Assembly (NCBI GenBank): GCA_965659445.1
Contig: CBFHWX010000002.1
Location: forward strand, 9,243-73,242
Length of the DNA: 64,000 nucleotides
Reading direction: 5' to 3'
Source of the DNA: Limisphaerales bacterium
GTDB lineage: Bacteria; Verrucomicrobiota; Verrucomicrobiia; Limisphaerales; UBA1100
Below are positions 1 to 7,390 of the stretch, piece after piece (position 1 is the first letter of the stretch; every line of letters begins with the position of its first letter). Position numbers and translations under genes: made by a program. The notes below the pieces were generated by a model, which was not told the origin of the DNA, ran no database searches, and saw only the letters and a program-made list of their open reading frames with translations.

Positions 1-940
1 TCAGGTTGCTGGCGAGGGAGTTGATTTGATCCCGTAAATCCTGAATTACACCATCACGTACATCAATCAGACCCTTTACTGAACCGGATTGTAGTGCGAG
101 TACTTCGCCGGTTCTGTTGTCGGCAATAAAATTCATGCCATCACTGTCGGTGTGCAGTTTCACTGAGCCGGTCATGGCATTGTCAGTTATCATTTCATAG
201 CCATCGATAAACACGCTGAGCTTGCCATCCTCATTTGTGGTCGTGGTGATATTGACTAACTCGGAGAGATTTTCCAGGGCCGCCTGCATGGCATCCCGAA
301 TCTCGTTAGCCGCGCCTTCGACAATCTCCGTATTGCCGACGGAGGCAGCATGAATGGCGACTGACTCAAGTTTCGCGTTTACGTTGTCAACCTCGTAACC
401 CTCCTCGTCATTGATGGATGATTGTAAATCACTCAGTCTGCGATCTACGATGTTCATCTTGTCAGTAAGCTTTTGTGCATTGAATACAACGGTCTGCCGT
501 TCGGCGGTTGAAGTGGGGTTTGCGCTTAACGACTGCAACGAACTGAAGAGACCTGTGAGGCCTTCGGCCACACCATAACTACCATATGATTCTCCCGCAT
601 CAATGCTCTGCCGATCCAAGGTTTGACCTAGGGAAGCCTCAGCGCGACGCAGATGGCGTTGCTTGGTTTCGAGATATTTGGTGATGCTCTTTTCCGAAGT
701 GATCGCCTGATCGACAGCATAATCACGTAATTGCTCTATCCGCGCCACCTCGCTACCGGAACCTTGCGGTCCCTGTTCGGTGGGGATCGCCACTGCGGCA
801 GAAATTTTAACGCGTTGACGTGCGTAAATCGGATTGGCGGCGTTGGCGAGGTTGTGACCGGAAACCTCAGCACCCTGGCGTGCGGTCTGCATCGCATTCC
901 GCGCCATCTCCATGGTTCCCATTATGCCTAGTCCGCCCAT
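1..940 (-). CDS. flgK: Flagellar hook-associated protein 1 FlgK (N-terminal ~313 aa; 3' end runs off the window)
   Basis: The ORF is open to the window edge, so it is absent from the ORF track. The reverse complement from 940 reads MGGLGIMGTMEMARNAMQTARQGAEVSGHNLANAANPIYARQRV..., the conserved rod/hook-family N-terminus. GGAG lies 8 nt upstream of the ATG. The gene follows flgI directly. Confidence 0.8.
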   Translation of the reverse strand, partial: MGGLGIMGTMEMARNAMQTARQGAEVSGHNLANAANPIYARQRVKISAAVAIPTEQGPQGSGSEVARIEQLRDYAVDQAITSEKSITKYLETKQRHLRRAEASLGQTLDRQSIDAGESYGSYGVAEGLTGLFSSLQSLSANPTSTAERQTVVFNAQKLTDKMNIVDRRLSDLQSSINDEEGYEVDNVNAKLESVAIHAASVGNTEIVEGAANEIRDAMQAALENLSELVNITTTTNEDGKLSVFIDGYEMITDNAMTGSVKLHTDSDGMNFIADNRTGEVLALQSGSVKGLIDVRDGVIQDLRDQINSLASNL

Positions 941-978
941 CTTTTTATCTCCGTTCTAAATCGATTTTATTTCGCACT

Positions 979-2178
979 TTATTGCACAATCAATTCCGCC
1001 TGCAGTGCTCTTGCTTTCTTGAGCTCCTGAAAAATAGACATCATATCACGTGGTGTTGCGCCGAGGCTGTTTAGGGCCATGGCCACTTCCTGGACCGTGG
1101 GAAGTTCCGGGAATACCTGCATAGCTTTGCCGCTCTCGGTAATATCCACCGTGGTACGCGGTAAGATGGCCGTTGTCCCTTGCGCTAATGGTGCGGGTTG
1201 TACGGCTTCCGGTGTTTGGGTAATTGCGAAGAAAATGTTTCCGTGTGCAATCGCGCAGCTTAGAATACGCACGCGTGAGGTGGCTACGATGGTGCCCGTC
1301 TTTTCGTTCATTACCACCAGCGCCCTGGAGTCAGGGACCACTGTGATGGCATGCAACTGCGCAATAAAATCAATCGGAGAGGCACGGAATTGGTCGGGCA
1401 CAATCACACGAACGGAATTGCCATCAAGCGCCTCTGCAATGAGACCGCGACCCCCAAGACGTTGGGAGTGCCGATTGATCGCCTCCTTCATTCGAGCCGC
1501 CAGTGTGAAATCTGAATCGCGCAGGACTATGTTGATCTGGTTATTCCTCACTAAGGTGACATTGACTTCCTTTTCCACCAGTGCACCATTCACGATTTGG
1601 CCGGCGGTGGGATGATTCTTCGTGACGGCTGCAGCTCCATCACCGAGTGAGAAGGCGTTGTTGCTCACCGGGCCTTGTGCGACAGCATACACTCTGCCGT
1701 CTAGGCCCATCAACGGGGTGACGACCAGCTGGCCGCCCGTCAATGAGGTGGCATCCCCGACGGCGGCCACGGTCACGTCAATTGTTGAACCGCTCTTCAT
1801 GAACGGAGGCAATGAAGCGGTGAGCATCACGGCAGCGGAGTTCTTAGAAGAAACCGAGGTTGCCGGTACGTTGATGCCGAATTGCTTGAACATGTTGGCG
1901 AGCGATTGCTTCGAGTAAACAGTGTCCTTGTCGCCGGTGTTGTTCAAGCCAACGACCACACCGAACCCGGTAAGTTGGTTGGGACGTGCGCCGGCAACGA
2001 ATCCGAGATCCTTGATCCGTACGCCTCCGCCCACGGCATTAGCGCGGAGCGGGTTGATTGGCATGAGATTAGCGCGGATGGCAGTGGGATTTGGGAGTGG
2101 CCGTGGAGCCGTTGCCGGTTGGCCAAACGCTAGCATTGGCACTAATGCCCAGAATGGAATGCGAAGTCGCTTAAACAT
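979..2178 (-). CDS. flgI: Flagellar P-ring protein FlgI
   Basis: 399 aa with a signal peptide (MFKRLRIPFWALVPMLAFGQPATA). It carries the FlgI-typical IKDLGFVAGARPNQLTGFGVVVGLNNTGD and the C-terminal PRDMMSIFQELKKARALQAELI. Confidence 0.95.
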   Translation of the reverse strand: MFKRLRIPFWALVPMLAFGQPATAPRPLPNPTAIRANLMPINPLRANAVGGGVRIKDLGFVAGARPNQLTGFGVVVGLNNTGDKDTVYSKQSLANMFKQFGINVPATSVSSKNSAAVMLTASLPPFMKSGSTIDVTVAAVGDATSLTGGQLVVTPLMGLDGRVYAVAQGPVSNNAFSLGDGAAAVTKNHPTAGQIVNGALVEKEVNVTLVRNNQINIVLRDSDFTLAARMKEAINRHSQRLGGRGLIAEALDGNSVRVIVPDQFRASPIDFIAQLHAITVVPDSRALVVMNEKTGTIVATSRVRILSCAIAHGNIFFAITQTPEAVQPAPLAQGTTAILPRTTVDITESGKAMQVFPELPTVQEVAMALNSLGATPRDMMSIFQELKKARALQAELIVQ

Positions 2179-2201
2179 TGTTGTTACCTTTGATTAATTG
2201 T

Positions 2202-2816
2202 TTAAAATGGGTTAATTTTGTCCCAGAAATTCATGAACCAACCTTTTTCCTTGGCCGAGGTGATCACCCCAGAGGATTTGAAGCGAATGTTCAGGTCCGA
2301 GATGAGATAACTGTAAATCGTGTTGTCTGACTGAATGTCGAAGGGCCGGACCGCTCCACGCATTACGATTGTTTGCGACTCACCCCCATATGTTGCGCTT
2401 CGGATGCCTTCTACGATGAGATTACCATTGGGCAACACATCCACCACGCGTACACTGAAGCGGGAGGTGATGCTGTCCGAATTATCGATGGTCCCCGTGC
2501 CCTTGTGACTGGTGGTGTTCGAGAGCTTCATCGCGGGATATGCTCCCCCGCTTTTGAAGGCTCCGCTACCGCCGGTGGATGTACCAAACAGAAAGGAACT
2601 GATGCTTGCATCGGTTTCGCTATCCCGGGATGTTTCAGTCTTTGCGGCGCGCTTGGCTGCGTTACTTTCCTGCACGCGAACGTTGAGGACGTCGCCCACG
2701 AACCGCGCCTTCTTGTCGGCAAACGGACTGCGGCTGACATCGTCCTTCCAAAGTGAATCTGCCCTGACCCAAAATGTCAGGAGCAGGCTGGTAATGAATA
2801 TAGTTACGGTTTTCAT
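2202..2816 (-). CDS. flgH: Flagellar L-ring protein FlgH (no cysteine, so apparently not lipidated)
   Basis: 204 aa with a signal peptide. It has the FlgH-like ARFVGDVLNVRVQE and LPNGNLIVEG...IVMRGAVRP motifs. It lies between flgA and flgI. Confidence 0.9.
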   Translation of the reverse strand: MKTVTIFITSLLLTFWVRADSLWKDDVSRSPFADKKARFVGDVLNVRVQESNAAKRAAKTETSRDSETDASISSFLFGTSTGGSGAFKSGGAYPAMKLSNTTSHKGTGTIDNSDSITSRFSVRVVDVLPNGNLIVEGIRSATYGGESQTIVMRGAVRPFDIQSDNTIYSYLISDLNIRFKSSGVITSAKEKGWFMNFWDKINPF

Positions 2817-2821
2817 AAAAT

Positions 2822-3523
2822 TTATAGGCTCAGTTGCACGGTTCGGTCATTGATGATTCTGCCGCGAATTTCCTTATAGGAGGAATTGTTACGGAGGCGG
2901 ATCACGTCGCCAGGGGCGCCTTCCTCTAGTGCCAACAGATTGCGTAATTCAATCCGTAACGCCTTGTAGAGCAGCACACCGGTTACCACCTGATTGCGCA
3001 AGATCACTGGGGTACGGCGTACGTGGCGGGGTAGCAGCACCATGCCCGTGCTCATGCTCTGGGTGAGTTGCAAAGTGCTGTCGGGTTTGCCTTCCCACAC
3101 GCCGGTGCGGAGGTTAATGACGTCCACCTTTTTACGGACGAGCTTTACCTTGTCCAGCAGTGCGTGGCGTGAGGCAATTTTTCCCGTAAGCCAAACTTCC
3201 TTAATGAGTTGCGCCTTAAAAAAACCGGTCCACTCCCCCACGCGTCGGCCATCCACGAGTAGCGCGTATTGCGTTCGCATAAATGCGGCTGGGCCGGTGG
3301 GCGGGTGGGAGACGATTTGCACTTCCACGAGGGCGTTGGCCGGAACCGGCACTGCGGGCAAAGGGCGGGTTGATGACAACACCAGTTTGGCGTCGCTAAT
3401 TTCAAATGCCTTTTGCAGGGCCTCGGTTACCATGGGAAGCAATTGGCTGCTGGTAATTTCCTTGGTGGCCGCAGGCAGCGCAGTGGTGCTGGCGAGTAGC
3501 AGAAAGATGAAAAAGCGTATCAT
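2822..3523 (-). CDS. flgA: P-ring assembly chaperone FlgA
   Basis: 233 aa with a signal peptide. The C-terminal SAF-like segment is PGDVIRLRNNSSYKEIRGRIINDRTVQL. It occupies the canonical flgA position between flgG and flgH. Confidence 0.8.
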   Translation of the reverse strand: MIRFFIFLLLASTTALPAATKEITSSQLLPMVTEALQKAFEISDAKLVLSSTRPLPAVPVPANALVEVQIVSHPPTGPAAFMRTQYALLVDGRRVGEWTGFFKAQLIKEVWLTGKIASRHALLDKVKLVRKKVDVINLRTGVWEGKPDSTLQLTQSMSTGMVLLPRHVRRTPVILRNQVVTGVLLYKALRIELRNLLALEEGAPGDVIRLRNNSSYKEIRGRIINDRTVQLSL

Positions 3524-3542
3524 ATCAGTATTGTGTCAGTGT

Positions 3543-4331
3543 TTATCCGCGCAGACGATTGCTCATGCTCATCATTTCATCGGCGGCCTGGATGGATTTG
3601 GAGTTTATTTCATAAGCGCGCTGGGCCTTGATCAGGTTCACCATTTCCTCAATCACCTTCACGTTGGAAAGCTCGAGCCACCCCTGTTGCACCTGGCCCA
3701 TGCCAGCGAGGCCGGGAGTACCGGTTTCTTCAGTGCCCGAAGCGAGAGTTGCGCGGTAAAGGCTGCTGCCAAGGCTTTCCATGCCGGCTGGATTGGCGAA
3801 ACGGGATAGGGTGATTTGCCCCACAGTGGAGGTGACGCCTTGATCGGTGAGTGACACTGTACCATCCGGCGAGATTGAAACATTCGTGGCCGTGGAAGGA
3901 ATGGTCACACCGGCAAAGCTTGTGACCGGCATGCCGTCATTGGTGACGATACCGCCGGAGTTGTTGAACTTAAAGCCGCCATCGCGGGTAAAGGCGTCGC
4001 TGCCATCCGCCATGGTCACCTTGAAAAATCCGTTGCCGTGGATGGCGAGGTCCATTTTCTCACCCGTTTGGTACAGCTCTCCGCCTTCGAAATTCTTGGC
4101 GGTGGCCACCGGACGTGAACCGTGGCCGACCTGCAGTGAGGTGGGTATTTGATTGCCAGCGCCTGCCTCTGAACCGGCTGCTCGGCTGGTCTGGTAAAGC
4201 AAATCCTGAAATTCAACCTTGGATTTCTTGAATCCCGTCGTGTTCACGTTCGCCAGGTTATTGGCGATCACGTCCAGGTTCATTTGCTGGGCCTGCATGC
4301 CCGAGGCTGAGGTATATAGTGCGCGTAACAT
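3543..4331 (-). CDS. flgG: Distal rod protein FlgG
   Basis: 262 aa. The N-terminus MLRALYTSASGMQAQQMNLDVIANNLANVNTTGFKKS and C-terminus GWLELSNVKVIEEMVNLIKAQRAYE are classic FlgG. Confidence 0.95.
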   Translation of the reverse strand: MLRALYTSASGMQAQQMNLDVIANNLANVNTTGFKKSKVEFQDLLYQTSRAAGSEAGAGNQIPTSLQVGHGSRPVATAKNFEGGELYQTGEKMDLAIHGNGFFKVTMADGSDAFTRDGGFKFNNSGGIVTNDGMPVTSFAGVTIPSTATNVSISPDGTVSLTDQGVTSTVGQITLSRFANPAGMESLGSSLYRATLASGTEETGTPGLAGMGQVQQGWLELSNVKVIEEMVNLIKAQRAYEINSKSIQAADEMMSMSNRLRG

Positions 4332-4340
4332 GGTGTATTC

Positions 4341-5108
4341 CTATTGTGTGTTCCCGAGTTCCCTAATCAGTTTACCCATTTGTTCGTCATGGATTTTCAT
4401 GATCTTCTGGTTTGCTTCAAAATGTCGAAGGGAGGTCATAAGCTCGCCCATTTCAACCATAGGTGTGGTGTTCGAGCTTTCCAAAAATCCCTGCGCAATT
4501 CTTGTCTGCTCCGGATCAGTCGGTATCGGCGTTGCGCCGTTGGGGGTGAAATATCCCCCGCCGATCCGTTTCAGGATTTTCAAATCTTTTTCTTCGAAAT
4601 TCATTATTTCAATTTTCCCCAGAGACGCCCCGCCTTGGGACACCATGCCATCAGAACTAACCGTGACGGGGGATGCGGTGTCGGTGGCGACGGTGATCGG
4701 GCCGCCTCCGCCGGCTAGCCTCATGAGATATCCATCATTGGTCATCAATTGGCCGGCGGCGTTCACTTGAAAAGACCCGTTGCGGGTGTAAATCGTCTCG
4801 TTATTCGGGCCCGTTATACCGAAGAAGCCGGGGCCATCAATGGCCAGACTGTTGATGTCGCCGGTACGGACAAGAGAGCCCTGGTCGAAATTGATGTAGC
4901 CGACCATCTTTGGCAGCATGAATTGTAGTTGCGTCTTGTCCGCAGCCTGCATCGCATCATTGAACATAGCCGCACTTACCGAATGAAAGCCCACATTGTG
5001 CCGCTTGAAGCCGGGATTGTTCGCAGCCGCGAGATTAGCGGCGATCACATTCTGACGTTGCTGCGTTCCTTCAAGAGCGGCGGCTGCTTGGTATAAACTG
5101 ACATTCAT
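4341..5108 (-). CDS. flgF: Proximal rod protein FlgF
   Basis: It has the rod-family N-terminus MNVSLYQAAAALEG...NLAAANNPGFKR and C-terminus GFLESSNTTPMVEMGELMTSLRHFEANQK. I prefer the ATG at 5108 over the track start at 5129, which overlaps the putative promoter. Confidence 0.85.
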   Translation of the reverse strand: MNVSLYQAAAALEGTQQRQNVIAANLAAANNPGFKRHNVGFHSVSAAMFNDAMQAADKTQLQFMLPKMVGYINFDQGSLVRTGDINSLAIDGPGFFGITGPNNETIYTRNGSFQVNAAGQLMTNDGYLMRLAGGGGPITVATDTASPVTVSSDGMVSQGGASLGKIEIMNFEEKDLKILKRIGGGYFTPNGATPIPTDPEQTRIAQGFLESSNTTPMVEMGELMTSLRHFEANQKIMKIHDEQMGKLIRELGNTQ

Positions 5109-5121
5109 ACGGCCTTCGACG

Positions 5122-5138
5122 CAGCACATAGTATGCCA
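5122..5138 (-). promoter_or_regulatory. Sigma-54-type -24/-12 element (TGGCATactatGTGCTG) upstream of flgF
   Basis: GG and GC are present at exact consensus spacing. It lies immediately downstream of an intrinsic terminator and upstream of the flgF ATG. It shares the TGCTGC extension with the flgB and fliO sites. Confidence 0.45.
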
Positions 5139-5173
5139 TAGATTTATAATAACAATTTAGAGCCAAAATAAAC

Positions 5174-5199
5174 AAAAACAGCCTTAAAAAGGCTGTTTT
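5174..5199 (-). terminator. Rho-independent terminator after the FliT-like gene
   Basis: On the minus strand a 9-bp stem (AAAACAGCC/GGCTGTTTT) with a 7-nt loop is followed by TTTGTTTATTTT. It lies about 60 nt past the stop at 5261. Confidence 0.6.
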
Positions 5200-5260
5200 A
5201 TTGCTGGAAGATTAATAGTAGACGGGATTGCTCGGGTAGATTTGTCCTGTATTTTTGAGA

Positions 5261-5611
5261 TCAGGTGTAGGTTTGCCAGTAGTTCTCCCCTGCCTTGCCA
5301 CCGTAGGCCTGATTAACTTTGCGGATGTTACTGGCCGCTTGATCTTCGGACTGGATTTGTGTGCGAACCGATTTCATTTCCGTATCCAAACGGGCGTGGT
5401 TGAGTTCGGTCATGTTCAGCAAATTGCTTACTAGATCTTGATCTTCATCGGTGAAATCTTCGCCCTGATAATCTTCCAGCAATCCTTGAAGCTGGGATTT
5501 TTCATCCAGCAACCGATTTAGCTCGCTCCAATCGCGTAGGGTGATGGCGGTGGATTCCACCTCGGAAAGCCGTTTCCATTCCTTTAACAAAGTGGTGGTA
5601 GGAGCGGTCAT
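5261..5611 (-). CDS. Small acidic helical protein; FliT/FlgN-like export chaperone candidate by position
   Basis: 116 aa, starting 4 nt after the fliS stop, which matches the fliD-fliS-fliT order of other bacteria. No diagnostic motif was recognised. Confidence 0.3.
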   Translation of the reverse strand: MTAPTTTLLKEWKRLSEVESTAITLRDWSELNRLLDEKSQLQGLLEDYQGEDFTDEDQDLVSNLLNMTELNHARLDTEMKSVRTQIQSEDQAASNIRKVNQAYGGKAGENYWQTYT

Positions 5612-5615
5612 AGTA

Positions 5616-6134
5616 TTATCCCATCACCGAGAAACTGGGCCGTTCACCTGGCGAGGGCCCCGGATTGGGTGCGGGCGTCGGAGTAGGTGGAGTGGTATTC
5701 GGCGCGTAGGCCTGCGTGGGCGTAGGCACTACCGTAGAGGCCTCCTCATCGGTTTTGTTGAAGGACTCACTCCAGGCATCGCGCAATTCACCAATGCGTT
5801 TGAGAATTTCCTCGAGGATCGCTTTGTCTTTGCGGATGTTTGCATCCTGCAAACGCGTATCAAAATAGTCGTACAGACTGATCAGGCTATGCCCGAGTTC
5901 ACCCGCTTTTTCCACATCCAGACTGCGGCTCAATTCACGGATGATGGCTTGGGTTTTGGTGATATTGGTGTGAACGGTGAGGTTGAAATCCAACGGGTCG
6001 TCCTTTTCAAAAGCACGAATGGCCGTACCCAAAAAACGAATCGCGCCATCGTAGAGCATCACCACGAGGTTTTCCGCCGAGGCAGTCCTCACCGCATTCA
6101 CGCGATACGCGTTTAGCTTGTTAGCGCTATTCAT
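5616..6134 (-). CDS. fliS: Flagellin-specific chaperone FliS with a Pro/Thr-rich C-terminal tail
   Basis: AYRVNAVRTASAENLVVMLYDGAIRFL is the FliS signature. I prefer the ATG at 6134 (MNSANKLNAY); the track start at 6179 is a TTG. The roughly 45-aa tail (...PTPTQAYAPNTTPPTPTPAPNPGPSPG...) is atypical. Confidence 0.9.
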   Translation of the reverse strand: MNSANKLNAYRVNAVRTASAENLVVMLYDGAIRFLGTAIRAFEKDDPLDFNLTVHTNITKTQAIIRELSRSLDVEKAGELGHSLISLYDYFDTRLQDANIRKDKAILEEILKRIGELRDAWSESFNKTDEEASTVVPTPTQAYAPNTTPPTPTPAPNPGPSPGERPSFSVMG

Positions 6135-6202
6135 CAATCCACTCACAGCACTTTTCGTGCCGTGCAGTGGAGGAAGCAAAGGGGTTCAGCCGTAACTGAA
6201 CG

Positions 6203-6496
6203 TTAATCCTGATTCTCCGCAATCTCACCCGCGATGAGTTTTGAGAACTGATCGATCGCATCCTGGGGGGGGTAACGATCGGTTTGAACCTCTTCCCGCA
6301 GGCGGTTTTTTACTTGGTCGAAATGGGCCTCAACATCGGCCTCTACTTGGGTGAAATCCGGGGAACGCGTGAGATTGGCGTCCATTGCATCCGTCGGCGC
6401 AACCATATCCACGGAGGCAGTCTGATCTCCCTGCGCTTGGGCAATTTTTTGCGGCCCTTGCGCTTGGCTAGATGCGTTTAAATTAACTTCTCTCAT
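6203..6496 (-). CDS. Small acidic protein; possible FlgM-like anti-sigma-28 factor (weak)
   Basis: 98 aa from the ATG at 6496, with GGAG 6 nt upstream. The N-terminal half is low-complexity and the C-terminal half is helical (DQVKNRLREEV...IDQFSKLIAGEI). Size, composition and location next to fliS and fliD fit FlgM, but the motif match is poor. Confidence 0.3.
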   Translation of the reverse strand: MREVNLNASSQAQGPQKIAQAQGDQTASVDMVAPTDAMDANLTRSPDFTQVEADVEAHFDQVKNRLREEVQTDRYPPQDAIDQFSKLIAGEIAENQD

Positions 6497-6553
6497 GGTC
6501 ACTCCGACTCTGCACTCTCTGCCATAAATGGGCAAAAAGCAACTATTTTTTCG

Positions 6554-7384
6554 TCAAAACGTGCCTGGACGGGCGGCTGGAGACGTCGGGTTTTCCTGTT
6601 TTTCCAGCGAATCCGCCTCATCCGAGTCTGGCGTTTCCGAAGCCTCTTCTGGTATTTCGGAACTGCTTTGACTATTAGTACTATCGGCAGATTTGAGCAT
6701 AACTTTAGGGTTTTTCTGCGTAAAAGTTCCAATCAGTTCACCCAAGGAAAACCGGGCCATTTCACGGGGCGAATCAAGTACTAATAATTGTGTGGCGGCC
6801 ACGTTATTCTGGGATAATCTCTCTCGAATATGACGGCGTAGGGCGTTGGCTACAGTGGCTTGGCCGGCGTCAAACACCTCATCTGCTGCCCAAACCAATT
6901 CCTCTGTTTCTAAGTCGAACAAATACAGTTTCCAGCCCACGGCCATGGGAGGGTAGGCACGGAAGGTTGTCAATTCTGAAAAGAGCACGGCTTGACATCC
7001 AGTTTCTTCTTTGATTTTGGAGATGAATTCAACGGGCAACCGTGAATCAGCATAAAGTCCCCGCATTCCTATTAGGGTGTCGAGTCTCTTCGGAGTTACG
7101 GTGACTATGTCAAAAACCCGTGCCCGAGATAGTTCCTCGGTGAATACTTGTCTGATCAGAGGCACACCTCGCTCGGCGGCTCGGTTGCCACGGCCGGGCA
7201 CCAGCGGCATTACTGCCACGCGCTGAAGATTGGCCGAGGGACCGTCTGGACTGGTGTATACATTGCCCACCTTGTGGAATGGGCCTACATACGAGGGATC
7301 CCAATTTTTTGCGATCTGTGCACAGCCGATGGATCCTAGGGTTAGGGCGCCGAACAGTATGGATACTAGTATTTTTGATTTCAT
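6554..7384 (-). CDS. Probable lipoprotein of unknown function inside the fliD-fliS operon
   Basis: 276 aa. The signal sequence MKSKILVSILFGALTLGSIGC ends in Cys. The core RVAVMPLVP...FTEELSRARVFDIV...GCQAVLFSELT resembles the LpoB/CsgG/FlgO-type alpha/beta lipoprotein pattern. The C-terminal tail is acidic and Ser-rich. It starts 6 nt after the fliD stop. Confidence 0.7.
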   Translation of the reverse strand: MKSKILVSILFGALTLGSIGCAQIAKNWDPSYVGPFHKVGNVYTSPDGPSANLQRVAVMPLVPGRGNRAAERGVPLIRQVFTEELSRARVFDIVTVTPKRLDTLIGMRGLYADSRLPVEFISKIKEETGCQAVLFSELTTFRAYPPMAVGWKLYLFDLETEELVWAADEVFDAGQATVANALRRHIRERLSQNNVAATQLLVLDSPREMARFSLGELIGTFTQKNPKVMLKSADSTNSQSSSEIPEEASETPDSDEADSLEKQENPTSPAARPGTF

Positions 7385-7390
7385 TATGAA

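Noticed and set aside
2994-3809. A 271-aa plus-strand ORF lies opposite flgA and flgG. Similar long antisense ORFs occur at 33229-33861, 52672-53352, 26057-26683, 19891-20535 and 1079-1615.
   Set aside because: Each lies entirely antisense to a gene with unmistakable conserved motifs. Their translations are low-complexity or Arg/Ser/His-rich, and they have no plausible RBS or family resemblance. They are shadow ORFs typical of moderately GC-rich coding DNA.
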